From Blasia pusilla (taxonomy: Eukaryota), in assembly GCA_050084515.1 (NCBI GenBank), contig CM114271.1, positions 2,480,001 through 2,544,000 on the forward strand: DNA of 64,000 bases. The letters run 5' to 3'. Below are positions 21,991-35,853 of the stretch, piece after piece; the stretch's first letter is position 1; the number at the start of each line of letters is the position of its first letter. A model generated the notes under the pieces. It did no database searches. It worked only from the letters and a program-made list of their open reading frames with translations, and was not told where the DNA came from. Position numbers and translations under genes: made by a program.

Positions 21991-23722
21991 GGGGTACTGA
22001 AGAAACACGGTAAGAATTCCCTTTTCTAGAATTCTCATTGAAGACTTTGTGAATAAACTTTGACAACTATTGAGGTTCGAGGACAAATATTAGTGAAAAT
22101 AAGAGTTGCATCGATACTAAATTGATTAATTACCTTATGAACACCTTAGTAAAAAAGAGGGACTATGGGAACATGCATCCTATGAGTACGCAAGGGCGAA
22201 ATTGGGGATTGGCTATTTCTGATACTTAGATCAAAAAGAGTGATGGATCAAGATGAGTGAAATTCGAATTTACGTGACCATGGAATTTAGGGATTAAGTA
22301 ATGGGAGTGAATTATAACTACCTTTATGGAAACCACAAAACAAGACCTAAAACCAAGGTCTGAATAACTCTAGAGTTTGCACCAACATAGAGTACATTCA
22401 TTGCACACCTTTTTAGAGGAAGGTATCGAGGACCCTAAATAAGAACTCGACTAGACTGTAATGTTTGACATGAGAGTTCCGAAGTCATATCCTTCCACAG
22501 CTAAGAACTCGATTCGCATGAGCTCATAAGAATCTATGTGTCATTATAATGATGTATTAAATCCCATGTGTTCATAAATTAGTTGAAACCCACCTCAAAA
22601 AGTTCACAAGTGAATCCTTCAAATTGCACGGTTCTCTTCTTGACTTGCACAAATTATTTTCTCCTTGAAGTCTCCTTATTATGACATGCTCTACATTAGC
22701 TACACCCTAATATCCACTAGTTATAGATTTCATCATCTATGAAAAAAGGGACTTAACTATTTCCCATGGGCTAGTAACTCCTCTAAAGAAACTCAATAAC
22801 TAAACTTGTGTTTTCACAAGTTCACCTTGATTTCTCACTCACACTGACCTCTATAGAGAATGCAGTGCGTCCCAAACACAAGATATATGGATTTATTGAG
22901 TATAGAAATCAGTTAGGGAACTCTAATTGATAAAGGACATGGACTATAGTTGCCCCTGGCCTGATCTCCTAATGTAAGAAGAAAGACTTATAAAAAGATA
23001 GTTATGATTAAAGTCTCTTTTGCGTTTTGGGGCCACTAATACAGAGGAATAAGTGGGATTAGCAAGGTTTCATGTTAATTTTTTAAATAGACGGAGGAAG
23101 AACTAATACAATATGAAAGCATGGTATAAAGCACACATGAGAGATGTGTTATCTTCCGGACAGAGCATGGTATAAAACACACAGGAGAAACCTATTATCT
23201 ACCAGACAAAGGTTTTGTCCACAAGAAAAAAGACAGGACACCACAAAACCCATCCTCAAGCTTATTTATCCTTGCGTCTTCTAACCCAAGGTTGAGTTAG
23301 TTAATCTTGGCTTCTCCTTGGGACTATCTTTGAAAAAAATCTTTCTGTTCCCCTCCCATCAAGCAGGAAGCTATAGCACAATGGACAACTCCTCCCCTAC
23401 TGAGAAGGTTATCATGGGCTCAAATCCGGCTCTGCGCACTTCATTTTGTCCTTGTACTGGTCTCCACTTAACCAGACTTTTACCCTCCTTGATCTAACCG
23501 GAGGATGAATGGGCACGAGGAAACCCTTTGGGGATATGACTTGATCACATTTCTTAGAACTGAATTTACATGTATGTATACAGTAAAAAACGGAGGGACT
23601 AAAGAAACTGCGAGAGCCTTGACTGCAAGTAAATTCCAAAAAGAATATGGGGGATCTGACTGTCAAAATGAAGGGTTGGTAGTTCAGTTATTCAGTTGCT
23701 ATCCTGGTATCGACTTCTGAGC

Positions 23723-24340
23723 CTAATTGCATATCTTTTCACCAGTTGCAAATACACAAAACACGACAACACAGAGGAAAGATAGCACTCTGGGAATGGT
23801 AAACAGAATAGCCCAATTGTTAAGATCTTCTGATTCTGCAAGGGAAGCCTCTAGAATCTGCCAAGTAGCAACCGCTCCTACCACCCCCGTCAACGTTCCT
23901 GCTATGTGGGAGACACCTATTACGTTGCCTACATACCTGGGCACGATTTTCAAGCTGGTTGACTGCAAGTCCTGTCCTGGCAAACATACAAGCTCCAAGC
24001 ATGATGGATGAACGGAAGGCAGTTCCTGTACTAGATTGCATGGTAGACTTGAGCTCGAGTCCCATTGCAGCTGTGATAAAGCTATTTATGTAGCCTCTCA
24101 GGTTTGTCAAGTGCAGACTTTGACTTGAATTGAGCTTGGAAGCACAAGAACTGTGAAGTTTCACGCAATCTCAGTGGTTGGTTTTTGGGTCAAAGTGAAG
24201 TGATCACATCTTACTTGGATTTGTCAGCACAAAATGGACAGCAGCTGGATCGAGCTTCCGAAAGAAACAGACAAGGACCAAAATATTGACAACTTCAGGA
24301 AGTAAGTTGGGAGGAGATGAAGAAAGAAAGCTTCTAGCTT
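23723..24340 (-). pseudogene. Decayed PHT4/SLC17-family (MFS) anion/phosphate transporter, C-terminal part
   Basis: Across frameshifts: LLPTYF..., ARTGLAVNQ / IVPRYVGNVIGVSHIAGTLTGVVG...ILEAS...W..LFTIP...VVFCVFATGEKI*. This resembles plant PHT4 [29 protein letters not shown]...FSTGERIFD. Confidence 0.72.
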
Positions 24341-26636
24341 CATGAAACCCTTAAAAATCTCCTTCTGCTGTCTGGCAGAGGTGTGCCTTCCTCTTCTTTG
24401 CAGTTTTTTGCTTCCTTTCCTTGGTAGACACACAACACCTTTCGACTTGTGCTGTTTCAGACTTTGCGTTCAGTAGCAGAAGGTTTGATTTTTTTTCTTC
24501 CTCACTTCCTGTATTACTGGGTGAGTTCTCCCAACTCGGTACTTACTGCATTCACACTCCTGGTAATTCCAGCTTAGCCAGCAACTTCAGAGTAGGTTGC
24601 TGGTCTTTCTGAACTTGAGGCACATTCCTTGCTATATTCTTTAGATCTAATCAAGATACAGAATCAGTAGATTTGATATTGTCGTTGCTTCCTGATTCCT
24701 GTTTTGTTGCAAGAGTTCTGAGAAACATATATCAACTCATGAAGGAGAGGGTAGAAGGGACCAAGAGGAGCTTATGAGCTTTGGTGCAAACCTGAGTCCC
24801 TTAGAAAGTGAAGTATTTGAAAGAGAGTCTCCAAGTGGGCAAGATGGAAAGAAGCAAACTTAGAGAAAGGATTTGCAGTCTACATCCCTGAAAACTAGAT
24901 TTGGAGGAGGAACTTCCAGGCGAGAGACGAGAGCGGGACAAGAATCAGGTACACCTATATCTTGAATTGATGGGCATCAAGAAGAGAAATGCAAAGAAGG
25001 AATAGAGACTGCGTACTATCTGAATTTCGGGTCATGCTAGGAGCTTATGGGCAAAATGGATGGAATCGGCCGAAGAACCCAAAAGTTGTTCTGCCAACTC
25101 CCGGAGCTGCGAAGGACTTTTGTATCTGTTGGTGATAGAAAAGCAGAGGAACATGAAATTATGAGTACAAGACCAAAGAGTTATTTGTCAAGCCTTTGGA
25201 CCTTTTCATTGTAAAATGAAGGATGCCACTTGGACTTGAGTAAGGTGAGGAAAAGATGACTAGGCCCAGAAGGTGACCAAGCAGCCTCAAAGATGATACA
25301 TCCACTTTGAGAGGAACAGGAGAAGATATAATGTTGCACACATCAGGGACTTTTTTCCAGCCGGACCTTTCTAAAACGTAAAAGCCACGGCTGGCAAGCA
25401 AGCAAACCAGATAAACCAGGATCCCCTCAAAATTTCTCCTGTTGAAAGGCGATTCGTGTTAATGAGGACCAACATGATTGATGAACCAGCCGTCAAGTCG
25501 CCTGCTACCTGTAAAGCAGAGTCCTTTAAAAAGAGAAACAAAGAACCTCAAGAGAGATAGCTTACAAATCCGTCAATATGGATGGGTATTCTATGCTAGC
25601 TCAAGATGGCTCAATTCATTTCTCTTCGTCTTCGGTTAGCGAGGAACTCCGACATTAGAATAGGACAAGCCCGGTGTGGCTACGACATCCACCATATTAT
25701 CTATTTCAAGCGTTAAGACAGGCAACGAATTTCGTCTGATGTGATCTAACATCACAAACACATTGTGCAAAATCGGGGATTCCGAATTCATCCGAGACGA
25801 TTCCTGAGCGACGCCGCCAAATGCGAACGGGATCCAAGCTAAGGTGAGCGTACAGAGGCCGATTCTTTAATCCACACGAATCCACTCACCACCTCACAGC
25901 TGCAATTGCTGCTCACGCTCTACGTCCAGCATATGATCACACACTCGGCCCTCGGGAAGTGGAGGCCTCAAGCTCTCAGATCATCACTCTCCACTGCAAA
26001 TCTCAGGCCTCCCAATATTCTCTCTCTACCACAAATCTACCCCCTCCCTCCCTTTCATTGTAAGGCGAAGGCATTTGCAGACGAAGAGACGGTTCCGAAG
26101 CCCTCCCCAGGCTCTTCCCGAGAACCAAAAACCGAAATCAAAATCAAATGGATCCCTTGAGTCGCACAACACACAATTCAGTCCTCGCCATTACACGATA
26201 CTCTCTCTGATTTCTTCTCTCCACCCCGATGTCCAACAGTAAATCAACCAAACATTCAAACCATCAAACAATCCGTATAAACTTACTCTCTTTCTATTCT
26301 GCAGCTGTACCTGTGATGAACGCTTCTGGCCCTAATTTTTTTTGCTGAACGACGAAGGTTCACAGCGGCGTGAAATCCACAAATCCAGAGCACGGAGCTT
26401 TCGCCTGTCTGTCTGTCGTACAATCAATCATCAAACACTCACGTCACACGCTCTGCACATATCCTCTGCGTTATCCTCATGAGCGGAGAAGGGAGTCCAA
26501 AGGAAGCCTCAGCGAATGAGAGTAACAGAGAGAGTAGGGGAGGGGAGGGGAGGGGGGGGAATGGAGACCGTTGACAGTTGACAGGAAGGAGCGCAACATC
26601 CTCTCAGCCACAATCCACGGCTGTGAGGGAAAGGGA

Positions 26637-26646
26637 GCCACGTGTC
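26637..26646. promoter_or_regulatory. G-box/ABRE motif GCCACGTGTC
   Basis: Exact ACGTGGC on the minus strand, next to a purine/pyrimidine tract (26518-26560) at the edge of the non-TE segment upstream of the transporter relic. Function untested. Confidence 0.3.
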
Positions 26647-27225
26647 AGAAGCGCAGGAGCGAGCCATGAGATGAGCTCTATGTAGTTAATTAATGCGTTC
26701 AAATGTTTTGGGATTCAAAAAGAAAGAACGGAGTTCGAATTCATATATAAGATATCCATTTTATTATAAAATCAATATTCAAAAGGGGAAAAAAAAAGGG
26801 TAGTAGTATGCGAAGAAGGGAAGGAGCCGAGAAATGTTGAGCGGAATGCCAACAGAAAATGGCGATAAGTTAACACAAAAACCAATTAGATTAACCACAT
26901 TGTTAATAATTTGAAACAAATTTGACAAGAACATAAGTGATTGGTCAGATGTGAATGGAGGACGAGTTGAATGATCCCCAACCATTCCGGCTCGACGTAT
27001 CAACACCAAAGTTTATGCACGTTCACGTTGTAAGGCCACTGAGATGCATTGTGGAAAATAAATAGTGACTATGAAGAGAGAAAGAACTATGTCATGTCTG
27101 ATAGGATAGATCGACGAGATCTAGGAGAGCGCCAGGAGGATAGTGTTGAGCTATGGTCCTCCTTGCCTTGTGTGTGTGACACGAGTCTCTCATTAGGAGA
27201 CTGGGCTTGGATTGATATTGGATTG

Positions 27226-27259
<34 letters not shown>

Positions 27260-27266
<7 letters not shown>

Positions 27267-27572
27267 TTTTTAGTCCACGGGAAGCCGATCTGGCTTATGG
27301 GACCCCTTCCACATGTGTGAAATTGACATCGCATGTGACACGCACCTTCACATCTAGATTTGGGGTTCTCACTGAGGAGATTTGGTTTTGTTTTTTTTTT
27401 GGTGAAGGCGTGGAATTTTATCCAAATTTTTAACCCCGGAGCATAGTCAAGGCACACACATGAAAGGCACACAAGGCGTGCTCTCTCTCGAACATGGACC
27501 ATCCATGCCCTAGGTAGGGGACGCCACTGCCCTGGGGTTGAGACCGCCCCCCATTGTCCAAGGGGAGAGTTG
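27260..27572 (-). mobile_element. 5'-truncated copy of the SINE, inserted in a (GA)n microsatellite
   Basis: Near-identical to 14863-15170. It stops within the B-box and is flanked by (GA)n at 27229-27262 and 27573-27587. Confidence 0.8.
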
Positions 27573-28384
27573 GAGAGAGAGAGAGAGATTTTTGCGCACC
27601 ATGGAGACACTTTCTTATGAGAGGGTTACTTAATTTACAAAGAGAGAATGAAGATTTTAGAGCTCTAGAATAAGGGAACTCGCTGGTATCTTGTTGTGTC
27701 TGTAGGTTGGAGACTGTCTTTCCCGCTTCATGGCTCATGGGAGCAAGAGCCGTCTATTTGGTGTTCTTTCTTTACAGATTTCTCGTAGAGGATAGTGGCC
27801 CGTGGAAGCGCTGCCCAATTTTCGGTAGAAATTGAGTATGGAGGCGGGTTGCTCCATGCCGGTGCTCTTGGGAACACCATGTAGTTCTTTGGTTTCTATC
27901 TTTATAGGTTTGAGATTTTTTGGGGGAAAAATTAGCGCGGAAGGGCTGCCACAATTTTTGTTGGAGAAGAGGCTATGGGTTACACAATATTCCCTCTCAG
28001 TTGTTGCTGGAAGATCAAATGGAGAAACAAATTTGATGACGTCATAGATCGGGAAGCTTTTCACGTTTTCAAAGAAAAGGTGTATAATTTGGACATCTAA
28101 GCACGAAGTTGTGACCGTTTCTATGGGCTTCCATAGCCAACTTGTGAAGGAAGGAGCAATTTCAAAAAATTTGGTAAAATTCTTAGTAAAGAGGTAGAAA
28201 AAAAGTAAAAAGTTGTTTCATCTTAGTGCATAAGACAAGAGGAGAAAGTGATTTGAGGGTAAAGTCAAGTGGAAACTTTATTTAGTGGGTGGTGACCCAA
28301 GATTTATGGGAATTAGTGGAATATAAGCCAAATGTGAGATAAGTTCAGTGAGTTGACCCTTGGTTTAAGGGGTTAGTAGAGTAG

Positions 28385-31300
28385 AATATATTCCCTTCGT
28401 CTACCCGAAAATGATTTCCATAAGCCTTCATTCTTTTGTAGGATTGATAAATATGAGATGGTGGAACTGCTAGTTTTAATACCAAAGCGTCTACCTCTTT
28501 ACCTTCCTCAACCCACTCCCGCACCTTGGGTCTTAGCCATGATGCAAAAGTCTCCTTTGTCCTTCCCTCTACCTTGAATAAGGTGCCAGGTTTCAAGAAG
28601 CACTTGCAAATAAGTATTTTCAAGTTGCATCACAATTCTACTAGACGATTGAAACTATTTTCAGGTGTAAGGACAAGAAAACACATGGATTTGAAAAGAA
28701 GGAAAATTAGTACTTACTCCCATAATTGGCTCATGCACGAGGTGTTTTCCAACACATATTGATGTGCACTTAAAAGAAGAGTGTGCGATAGAGTACTCTT
28801 CACTCTTCCTCCTTCTAGGACCTCTCCAAGAACACCCTCCTCTTTTGTTGCATCCCACACTCGTGTTTGGACAACTTTGAAGCCCTCCATGTATTCAGTG
28901 ATGATGCCCAATGCCTCATCCAAGATATAGCCTTCGGCTATGCATCCTTCTGGTCTAGCATGAGATCTTACGTAGCCCTTTAATACACCCAAGTACCTCT
29001 CGATTGGATACATCCAACGATAGGTTGATGGACCACAAATATCCAACTCATGAACTAAATGGACCATCAAGTGTGTCATGACATCAAAGAAAGATGGAGG
29101 AAAATGGATCTCCATGAGACATAATGTCTCTGCTACATCTTCTTTCAATGTTGGTAGAGTGCGAGGGTCCCAAGTTTTCACACATAACTTCTGGAATATC
29201 CTAGACATCCTCATGTTAGTTGTTCTCATTGGAGCCTTCATCAATCCTCTAACAAAATACGGCAACAATTGTTGCATGAAAATATGGAGATCATGGGATT
29301 TCAGGCTTCCTATTGTCTTCCTTAGAATATGTTTCTACAATGATCCTCCATATCCACTTGGCACTTTCAATGTAGCCACCCTACTTGTGAACACCTTCAT
29401 TTCTTCAGGCGTAAGGACATAATCTGCTCTAGGCTTTACCTTCGCCGATTCCCTCGATGGATGGGGTTGTAACCATAAGTGTTTTTTGATTCCTCTAGCT
29501 TCTAGATCAAGTCTTACTTGAATAGAATCCTTATTCTTCAACCCAAATAAGGTTTTGAGGGTGTTATCTGAAACATTATTCTCACAATGCATAAGGTCCA
29601 ACGTATGTCGTATTAATAGATCCTAAAATCAAAAAAACAATACATGAGAGAGCAAAAGTTTATTATGGTTGATTTGTTGAAACATATAAATACAATAAAC
29701 TTACAATTTCGGGTGACTGATGTAAAATAAGTTTAGATCATTTCAGCCCTAAAACTCAGAGTTGGGAGATCAAATTACTTACCTTCCAATAGGGAAGATC
29801 AAACAAGACACTCCTCCTTCCAATCCCATACTTTTTGTAAGGGTCTTGTTCTTGAATCTCTCCCCTCTTTACTTTTCCCCTTGACGTCCCATCAAAAATG
29901 ATCTTTGCTTCTGCCCATTGAAGGACTTGGCTACTTGTTACATGAGTTTCCCTTCTCTCAACACTACGGTTGAAGTGTTTAGCCATATTGATTTGTCGAT
30001 AAGGGTGGTTACTCCGCATATATCGTCTATGCCCCTGGTATGTATGCTTGTGACATGGTTTTGAATAATACGACTCAATATTAGGTCCACAAACTACACA
30101 AGCTAATCTACCCTTCGTGGCTTGGCCTAATACAACACCCAATCCCGGGTAATCATTAATAGTCCAGATAAGCATTGCCCTTAGATTAAAACAAGAATTA
30201 TCTTTCTTTGCACTCTGGTCAAAGATAGGAACTCCAACCCATAGTTGTTGTAGCTCCTCAATAAGAGGTGCTAAGTAGACATCTAGATTATGACTACCCA
30301 CAGACTCTTTCCCTGGAATGATAAGAGCGAGCGGCAAAAAGAACTTCTTTGTGCACAACCAAGGGGGTAAGTTATAGTTCACTAGAACAACCGGCCAAGT
30401 AGACCATACTGCGTTCTTATCATTGAATGGATTAACACCATCTAAAGCTAAGCCCAATCTGATATTCCTATGTTCATTGTTGAACTCTGGCCATGTGACA
30501 TCTATATGCTGCCATTGTTTTGAATCTCCCATGTGCCAAACCATACCATCAGAAGATTTGTTCTTTGATGTCCATGTCATCAGCTTAGAAATACTCCTAC
30601 ACCTATACATTCGTTTTAATCTAGGAATAATAGGGAAATGACGAAGCATCTTGTTTGGAAGTTTACTTTTTCCAACTTCTCGATAGCGAGGTGCATGACA
30701 TTTGGTACATAGCTCCAAGTCCTTATAGTTATCCCTAAACAACATGTATCCGTTTGGACAAGCATAGATCTGAATATAATTCACTCCTAGCTTGGTGATT
30801 AACCCCTTGGCAACATAGGGATTTCTAGGAACGTTGTTACCTTCAGGTAGAACTTGAGAACCTAAGAATTTTAATAGTTCATCAACAGCCACATTGGGAA
30901 CACTATGTGCACTGCAAATGTTTAAAAGTATCATAGTAAATGTGATCTTACTAGTCTTAGCACCAAGAAAAAGAGGTTGACATGCCATCTTTAAGACTTC
31001 TTCATCGAATCCCCAGTCAATTGGACTAGAAGCTTGGTCACTCTCGTTTATTCCAATTTCAAATGGTTGCTCCTCTTCATCAAGAAGAGTATCAACCATG
31101 GAATCTTCAAAGCATCCAAATGCTTCGTTGATCATTCTATGAACTTCAAAGTTCTTATCAAGATCATCAGATGCAGATTCTTGAGGGACTGATGTAGGAT
31201 GTATCATACCACTATTCTTCAATTTAACTCTTTGGTCAGCCCTCTCTTTCCATTCCTCGTCAGAGGAGTGATATTCTTGAATATTTCTTGAGATACTATG

Positions 31301-31486
31301 TCCAGGATTTCTCTTATGGATCATAAGATGTTTCTCAATGATTGATATAAGCCTCAATCGACTTCCCTTACACTCAGTGCATGGACATTTCAGCTTGCCT
31401 AAACCAAGTTTTTTGGCTTGCTCTTTCTCTCTATGCCATAAATTTTCATCGTGACTAGCGATTCGATAGGGATCACTCAAATCCAA
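28385..31486 (-). pseudogene. CACTA TnpD-like transposase (Transposase_21, DUF4218, start of DUF4216), spliced
   Basis: RNIRLGLALDGVNPF, STWPVVLVNYNLPPWLC, INDYPG. GT-AG intron 29623-29782 joins LPYWK|DLLIRHTLDLMHCENN. In-frame TAG at 29335-29337, then LKSHD, FPPSFFDVMTHL, WMYPIERY, ARPEGCIAEGY. Breaks off after AYGNHFRV. Confidence 0.92.
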
Positions 31487-33700
31487 GTAATTGTTGTACG
31501 TCGAACAAGTAAAACAAGAGTTTTATCATTTCAATTTGGATAAAATGTTCCATGCACGATAGAAAATAACTACAAGGGACAAGTAACCGAAATTTGAATT
31601 GAAAAAACTCCCATGTAATTTAAGTACCTCTTGGAGCTCCCTGATTTATTTGCCATGCCGAGAACCTTGCCGTGTTAAGCTTCTCCTCACCCTTGCTTGA
31701 TGGAACCACCTTTGAACAAGATATCTTGATTGAAAAGCAAGATAGTCCGGGGAACTTATCAATTTTCACCTTCTCTGATGATGGAAAGGAAACCTCTACT
31801 TAACACTCCATCTTCTGCAGAAAACATAATATACCACTAAGGAATAGAGGAGTATAATTTATTTGCTGAAGTCTATTCTCTTTCTCTTCTGCTATGACAA
31901 ACACTACTTATTGAGTACACAATGCATATGCTGATACATAGGCTATACCTTCATCAAATTTTTTGAGAGATTAACTATATAAACATCTACCTTTCATGCA
32001 TGTGCACCTAATAAGTCACATCAGGCTTTCACCAAGTTTAGATACTAGCTATTATCCTTGAAGTCCGTTCCTCAGTGAAAGGGGGACATCTAGAACACTA
32101 ACTCGAATGATATGGCCTAAATTGGTTCGAGCTCTCACTCATAATTTCAAGTGCTATAGCTCTTGACTTTTGTTTGATTAAAAAATCAGTTCATTAGTTA
32201 TTTCAAGCTTTATCCCTAATAGGAACATATGCTGAATCCTCCACACCATGATGTGTGGATGGGATGGATTTAAATACTCCAGCGGATTACATTCTAGATA
32301 TAAACAATGGAAAGGGCAACACACCTCTCCAATAATACTGCCTTGGACTCTAGAGGTGTTTTACGTAAATCCATTTCTCATGGTTTCCGCTCGGATCGGT
32401 AAAAATGCTTTCTCCGTAGTTTAAAATACGATCTGTCATAAGCGGGGAGACAAAAATAGAGCATGTGATGATAATGATGTGGAGCAGAAACAAAAATCGA
32501 TCTATTTTTTTTCCACACTCATTGATTTCAAGTCTCACAAATGACCAGCAAATGCTATAGAGAAATTGAAGTGGTAAGGACGTGGGATGATTTCAGATGC
32601 GTTGACGGATCCCATCCTTGACAATGAGGACCGCCATGGGGAAGGTTTAGAGCAGTCTACTTCAACGTGGAAACAGGAGGCCGCTGGAACATTCTTCTTC
32701 CTTGCCTCAACTCCCCGAATGATCCACCTCCATGCCTCACTATCCTTCTGGCCGTGCTCCCGCCCACTCAATTCAACAACTCTGAGCTTCATAATCCTAG
32801 TTACCATAGCAGACGCAACAAGATTTAGGTCAGCAATCCATCCCGAGATCCATCCCAAATTTCCGTTTTGGTTCCAAGTTACCAATCCATCTCACTCCCA
32901 AGTTTTCAACAAAGAAGCAATGAGTTTCAACTAGACAATCAATCTTAGGTCGCAATACAACAGATCCGCATGGAGTTTCAATTCAACTCAATTGGAAGCC
33001 ACTCCACCTCAACCTTGAAGCAAACTCGTCGGATAAAAGAGCGTCTAAAGCTTGTGCTGATGCCGATACGCTGAGGACGATGTGTCTCAAGATTCTTCAA
33101 CAACCTCACTTCTAAACAATGAACGAGGGTAGCGAAATTGAGAGCAAGAGTACATGAGAGTAAACAATCGAGAGTACATGAGAGCAGGTTTTTGCGCGTA
33201 GGCTTTGTTGGGGGTCATGATGAGCCTCTTCTTTAAACTTGCACATATTTGACTCCCGCGTATTTCTATAGGGTACCAGCCACTTGGATCTTCTCTTCTT
33301 TCTAGTTATATCTTTCAGTTTTGGATTATGACTACGCCTAGTACTTTTATTTCCACCTAATTTATATTAACCGATTTATCATTATTCTTAGGTTTTACAC
33401 GTCAGGTACTTCGTTAGTCTACTAATTATAAAAATTAACTACATTTAGTTAAGAGGACTAGATTTAGTTAACTTCATTTCCTCGTCATAAAATGTAATAT
33501 AAAATCATGTAATTTATAATAATTTTTTATTGCTACTAACAAATTTAAAATTACACGTCATACTTAGTGACTATGTTTAGTGACATACTAAGACTATATG
33601 ATTACATGTTAGTAATCTTAGGATTTCTAGTTGTAAAACTAGTGCCATAGGACCTAGTTGTGAATACTCTAGTTCTAAAATCACCTATTTCTTTCTAGTG
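28385..33700 (-). mobile_element. CACTA (En/Spm) DNA transposon, 3'-truncated
   Basis: Minus-strand terminus CACTAGAAAGAAA starting at 33700, with short subterminal repeats (CTAGTTGT, TTAGTGAC) at 33560-33670. Transposase lies downstream. No matching opposite terminus found. Confidence 0.8.
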
Positions 33701-33719
33701 GCAAAAGGAATAAACCCAT

Positions 33720-34341
33720 TAGTTACATGTCTAATAGCATAACATAACTCCTTGATTCTTGTTGATGCATTGACCATACAACCTTTAAAATGTGTCTGCT
33801 AACAAACCAAGTCAAAACATGTTGGATCAACAACCACCTCATCATCCAATATTCAAAATCCACCTCGAGACATAAAAAGATCAACTCTTCGATGAGAGCT
33901 TGCTTGTATGGTAGAAGGTAGGGCATATAGGTGCTCTTACTCGACGATGTATTCTATTGTATAAGCCATTGATTCTACCTCCTCTCTAATCACATTGTGT
34001 GTTGTTCATTCTATACTATGTGTACATCAAGAAGTATGGATACTCTTTGTATTAATGGACTCCCCGCATACACAATTTGGCATACTTAGTAGAGAAGGAT
34101 GACGAAGTCCAAGATTTAATTGCAAAGTTGTCAAGAATTTACTTTGAGGAAAATGAAATGGAAGAATAAGAGGATTTGCATCAAGCCATGTCCTCTCTTC
34201 TAAACCCGTACATGAATGCAGACAAGCTTGATGAGTGTCAAAGGATGCTTCAAAGATAATGCTTGAAAGTTGATTTTGCGCAAATTCTTGGAGATATGCT
34301 TTGTAGAGGCATGGGGTAGGAGATACATACGAAAGATTCAA
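33720..34341 (-). pseudogene. Non-LTR retrotransposon relic, C-terminal CCHC and restriction-like endonuclease (CRE/R2-type architecture)
   Basis: One frame reads ACLHSCTG...WLDANP...LQLNLGL...CVCG...IHTS*C...HNVIRE...RRVDL (33877-33891)...DEVVVDPT, with four stops. Confidence 0.65.
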
Positions 34342-34463
34342 CTTCTTGGGGTATTTGGGCTAGATAAGATAGTTATTGATAAGAGATGTGACGTGGATGA
34401 CAACCATGTCTTATTACCATACAATGGTGCTTTATACTCCCATACTTAATAAAGGGATTTGGG

Positions 34464-34927
34464 GAAGAGGTCTCCATCTTTCTTGGGAACTCTTTTTTCC
34501 AAACATACTAATATTTTGTAGCCCCTAATGTGGGGTTCAAAGTCTTCACACTTGATAGAATAGTTTTGGATGATCATTGTGATGTGAATAAAAATCCTAT
34601 TATGTTCCCCTAATTTGTGTATTGTACTCCCACTCAAAATGGAGGGAGATAGTGAAGAGGATTCCTTCCTTCTCTAAATATCTCTTATCTCCCAATGCCT
34701 AGAGTGTTAAGAATATCTATCTAGTTGGTGAAGAGGGCTCCATCTTTCTTGGGAACTCTTTTTTCCAAACATTATAGTATTTTATAGGCCCTAATGTGAT
34801 ATTATGTTCCCCTAAGTTTGTGCATTGTACTCCCACTCAAAATGGAGGGAGTTAGTGAAGAGGATTCCTTCCTTCTCTAAATATCTATTATCTCCCAATG
34901 CCTAGAGTGTTAAGAATATCTATCTAG
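34464..34927 (+). repeat. Tandem duplication, copy 1 34464-34724 and copy 2 34730-34927 (copy 2 lacks about 70 bp)
   Basis: Direct visual alignment; near-identical blocks such as TTGTACTCCCACTCAAAATGGAGG...GAATATCTATCTAG. Confidence 0.9.
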
Positions 34928-35589
34928 ATGAAAGCCAATAAATATTAATCATGTATGATGTAAGAACATTATGAGTTATATTCAATCGTCTATGTAACCT
35001 CCCTTTATTTCCTTGTAATATGATATTATGTATGGTGGAAGAAAATATTTTTAATGGGTTGATAATTTCGTCGTTTAGTTGCATATGCACCCTCTTTTAA
35101 TAGTAGATCTAGAGATGAAAATTGAACATTAATATTTTGTTTATAACACTACTAACAGGCTTTGTGTGACATATTGGCGTCTCATAAATATTTGGACATG
35201 GTGCATATTTCCCCGTTTTTGGAAATTTCCACAAGAATTCTAAAAGAACTCTCAATGAAGGAGTCATAGTTAGATGACGTTGAAGTATATTGTTATTACG
35301 ATGACCAAACCTACCTCCAATCAAGGGGATGTAAGATATGGTTTGGAGATGCCTCCCCCCAAAAAATAGGGGATCTGAAATGCAACCTCTAGATTTAATA
35401 TCTCACCGTTGAATTATTCTACTATAAGCAAAGCTTCCTAAGAATAGAATATTATAAAATAGGTCAGAAACGTTATTTTCTTTACTAGTCATATATTGGG
35501 GAACCGTAAAAGTTTTTCATTCTCATATATTGATTTTTTCCCATATTGAAGTTCCATCAATAAGAACGTACACACAAACCAATCATTTC

Positions 35590-35853
35590 CAAGGTTGCAC
35601 GGAAACGAACAAGTCCAGACATGACCAGCCCGCACCCGAGCCTACCCTAGAGCCCGCATCCGTTGCATGGCGGGCTAGGGCGGGTTGGCGCGGGCTCGAG
35701 GCAGGTTGGTGTGGGCTGGGCGCGGGTTGGGGCCAGTTAGGAGTCCGACCCGCACCAACCCGCATCGAGCCCGCGCAACGGGTGTGGACTTTGTCAGCCT
35801 CGATCTCTCGTGGGCATGTCCGTGAACACGGACTTTGTGTATGTGCAACCTTG
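35590..35853 (+). mobile_element. hAT-type MITE, same family
   Basis: Perfect TIR CAAGGTTGCAC/GTGCAACCTTG. Flanks ATCATTTC and GTTATTTC (6/8). Confidence 0.82.

Noticed and set aside
23118-23208. 46-bp two-unit tandem repeat
   Set aside because: Real but only two diverged units, with no sign of function.
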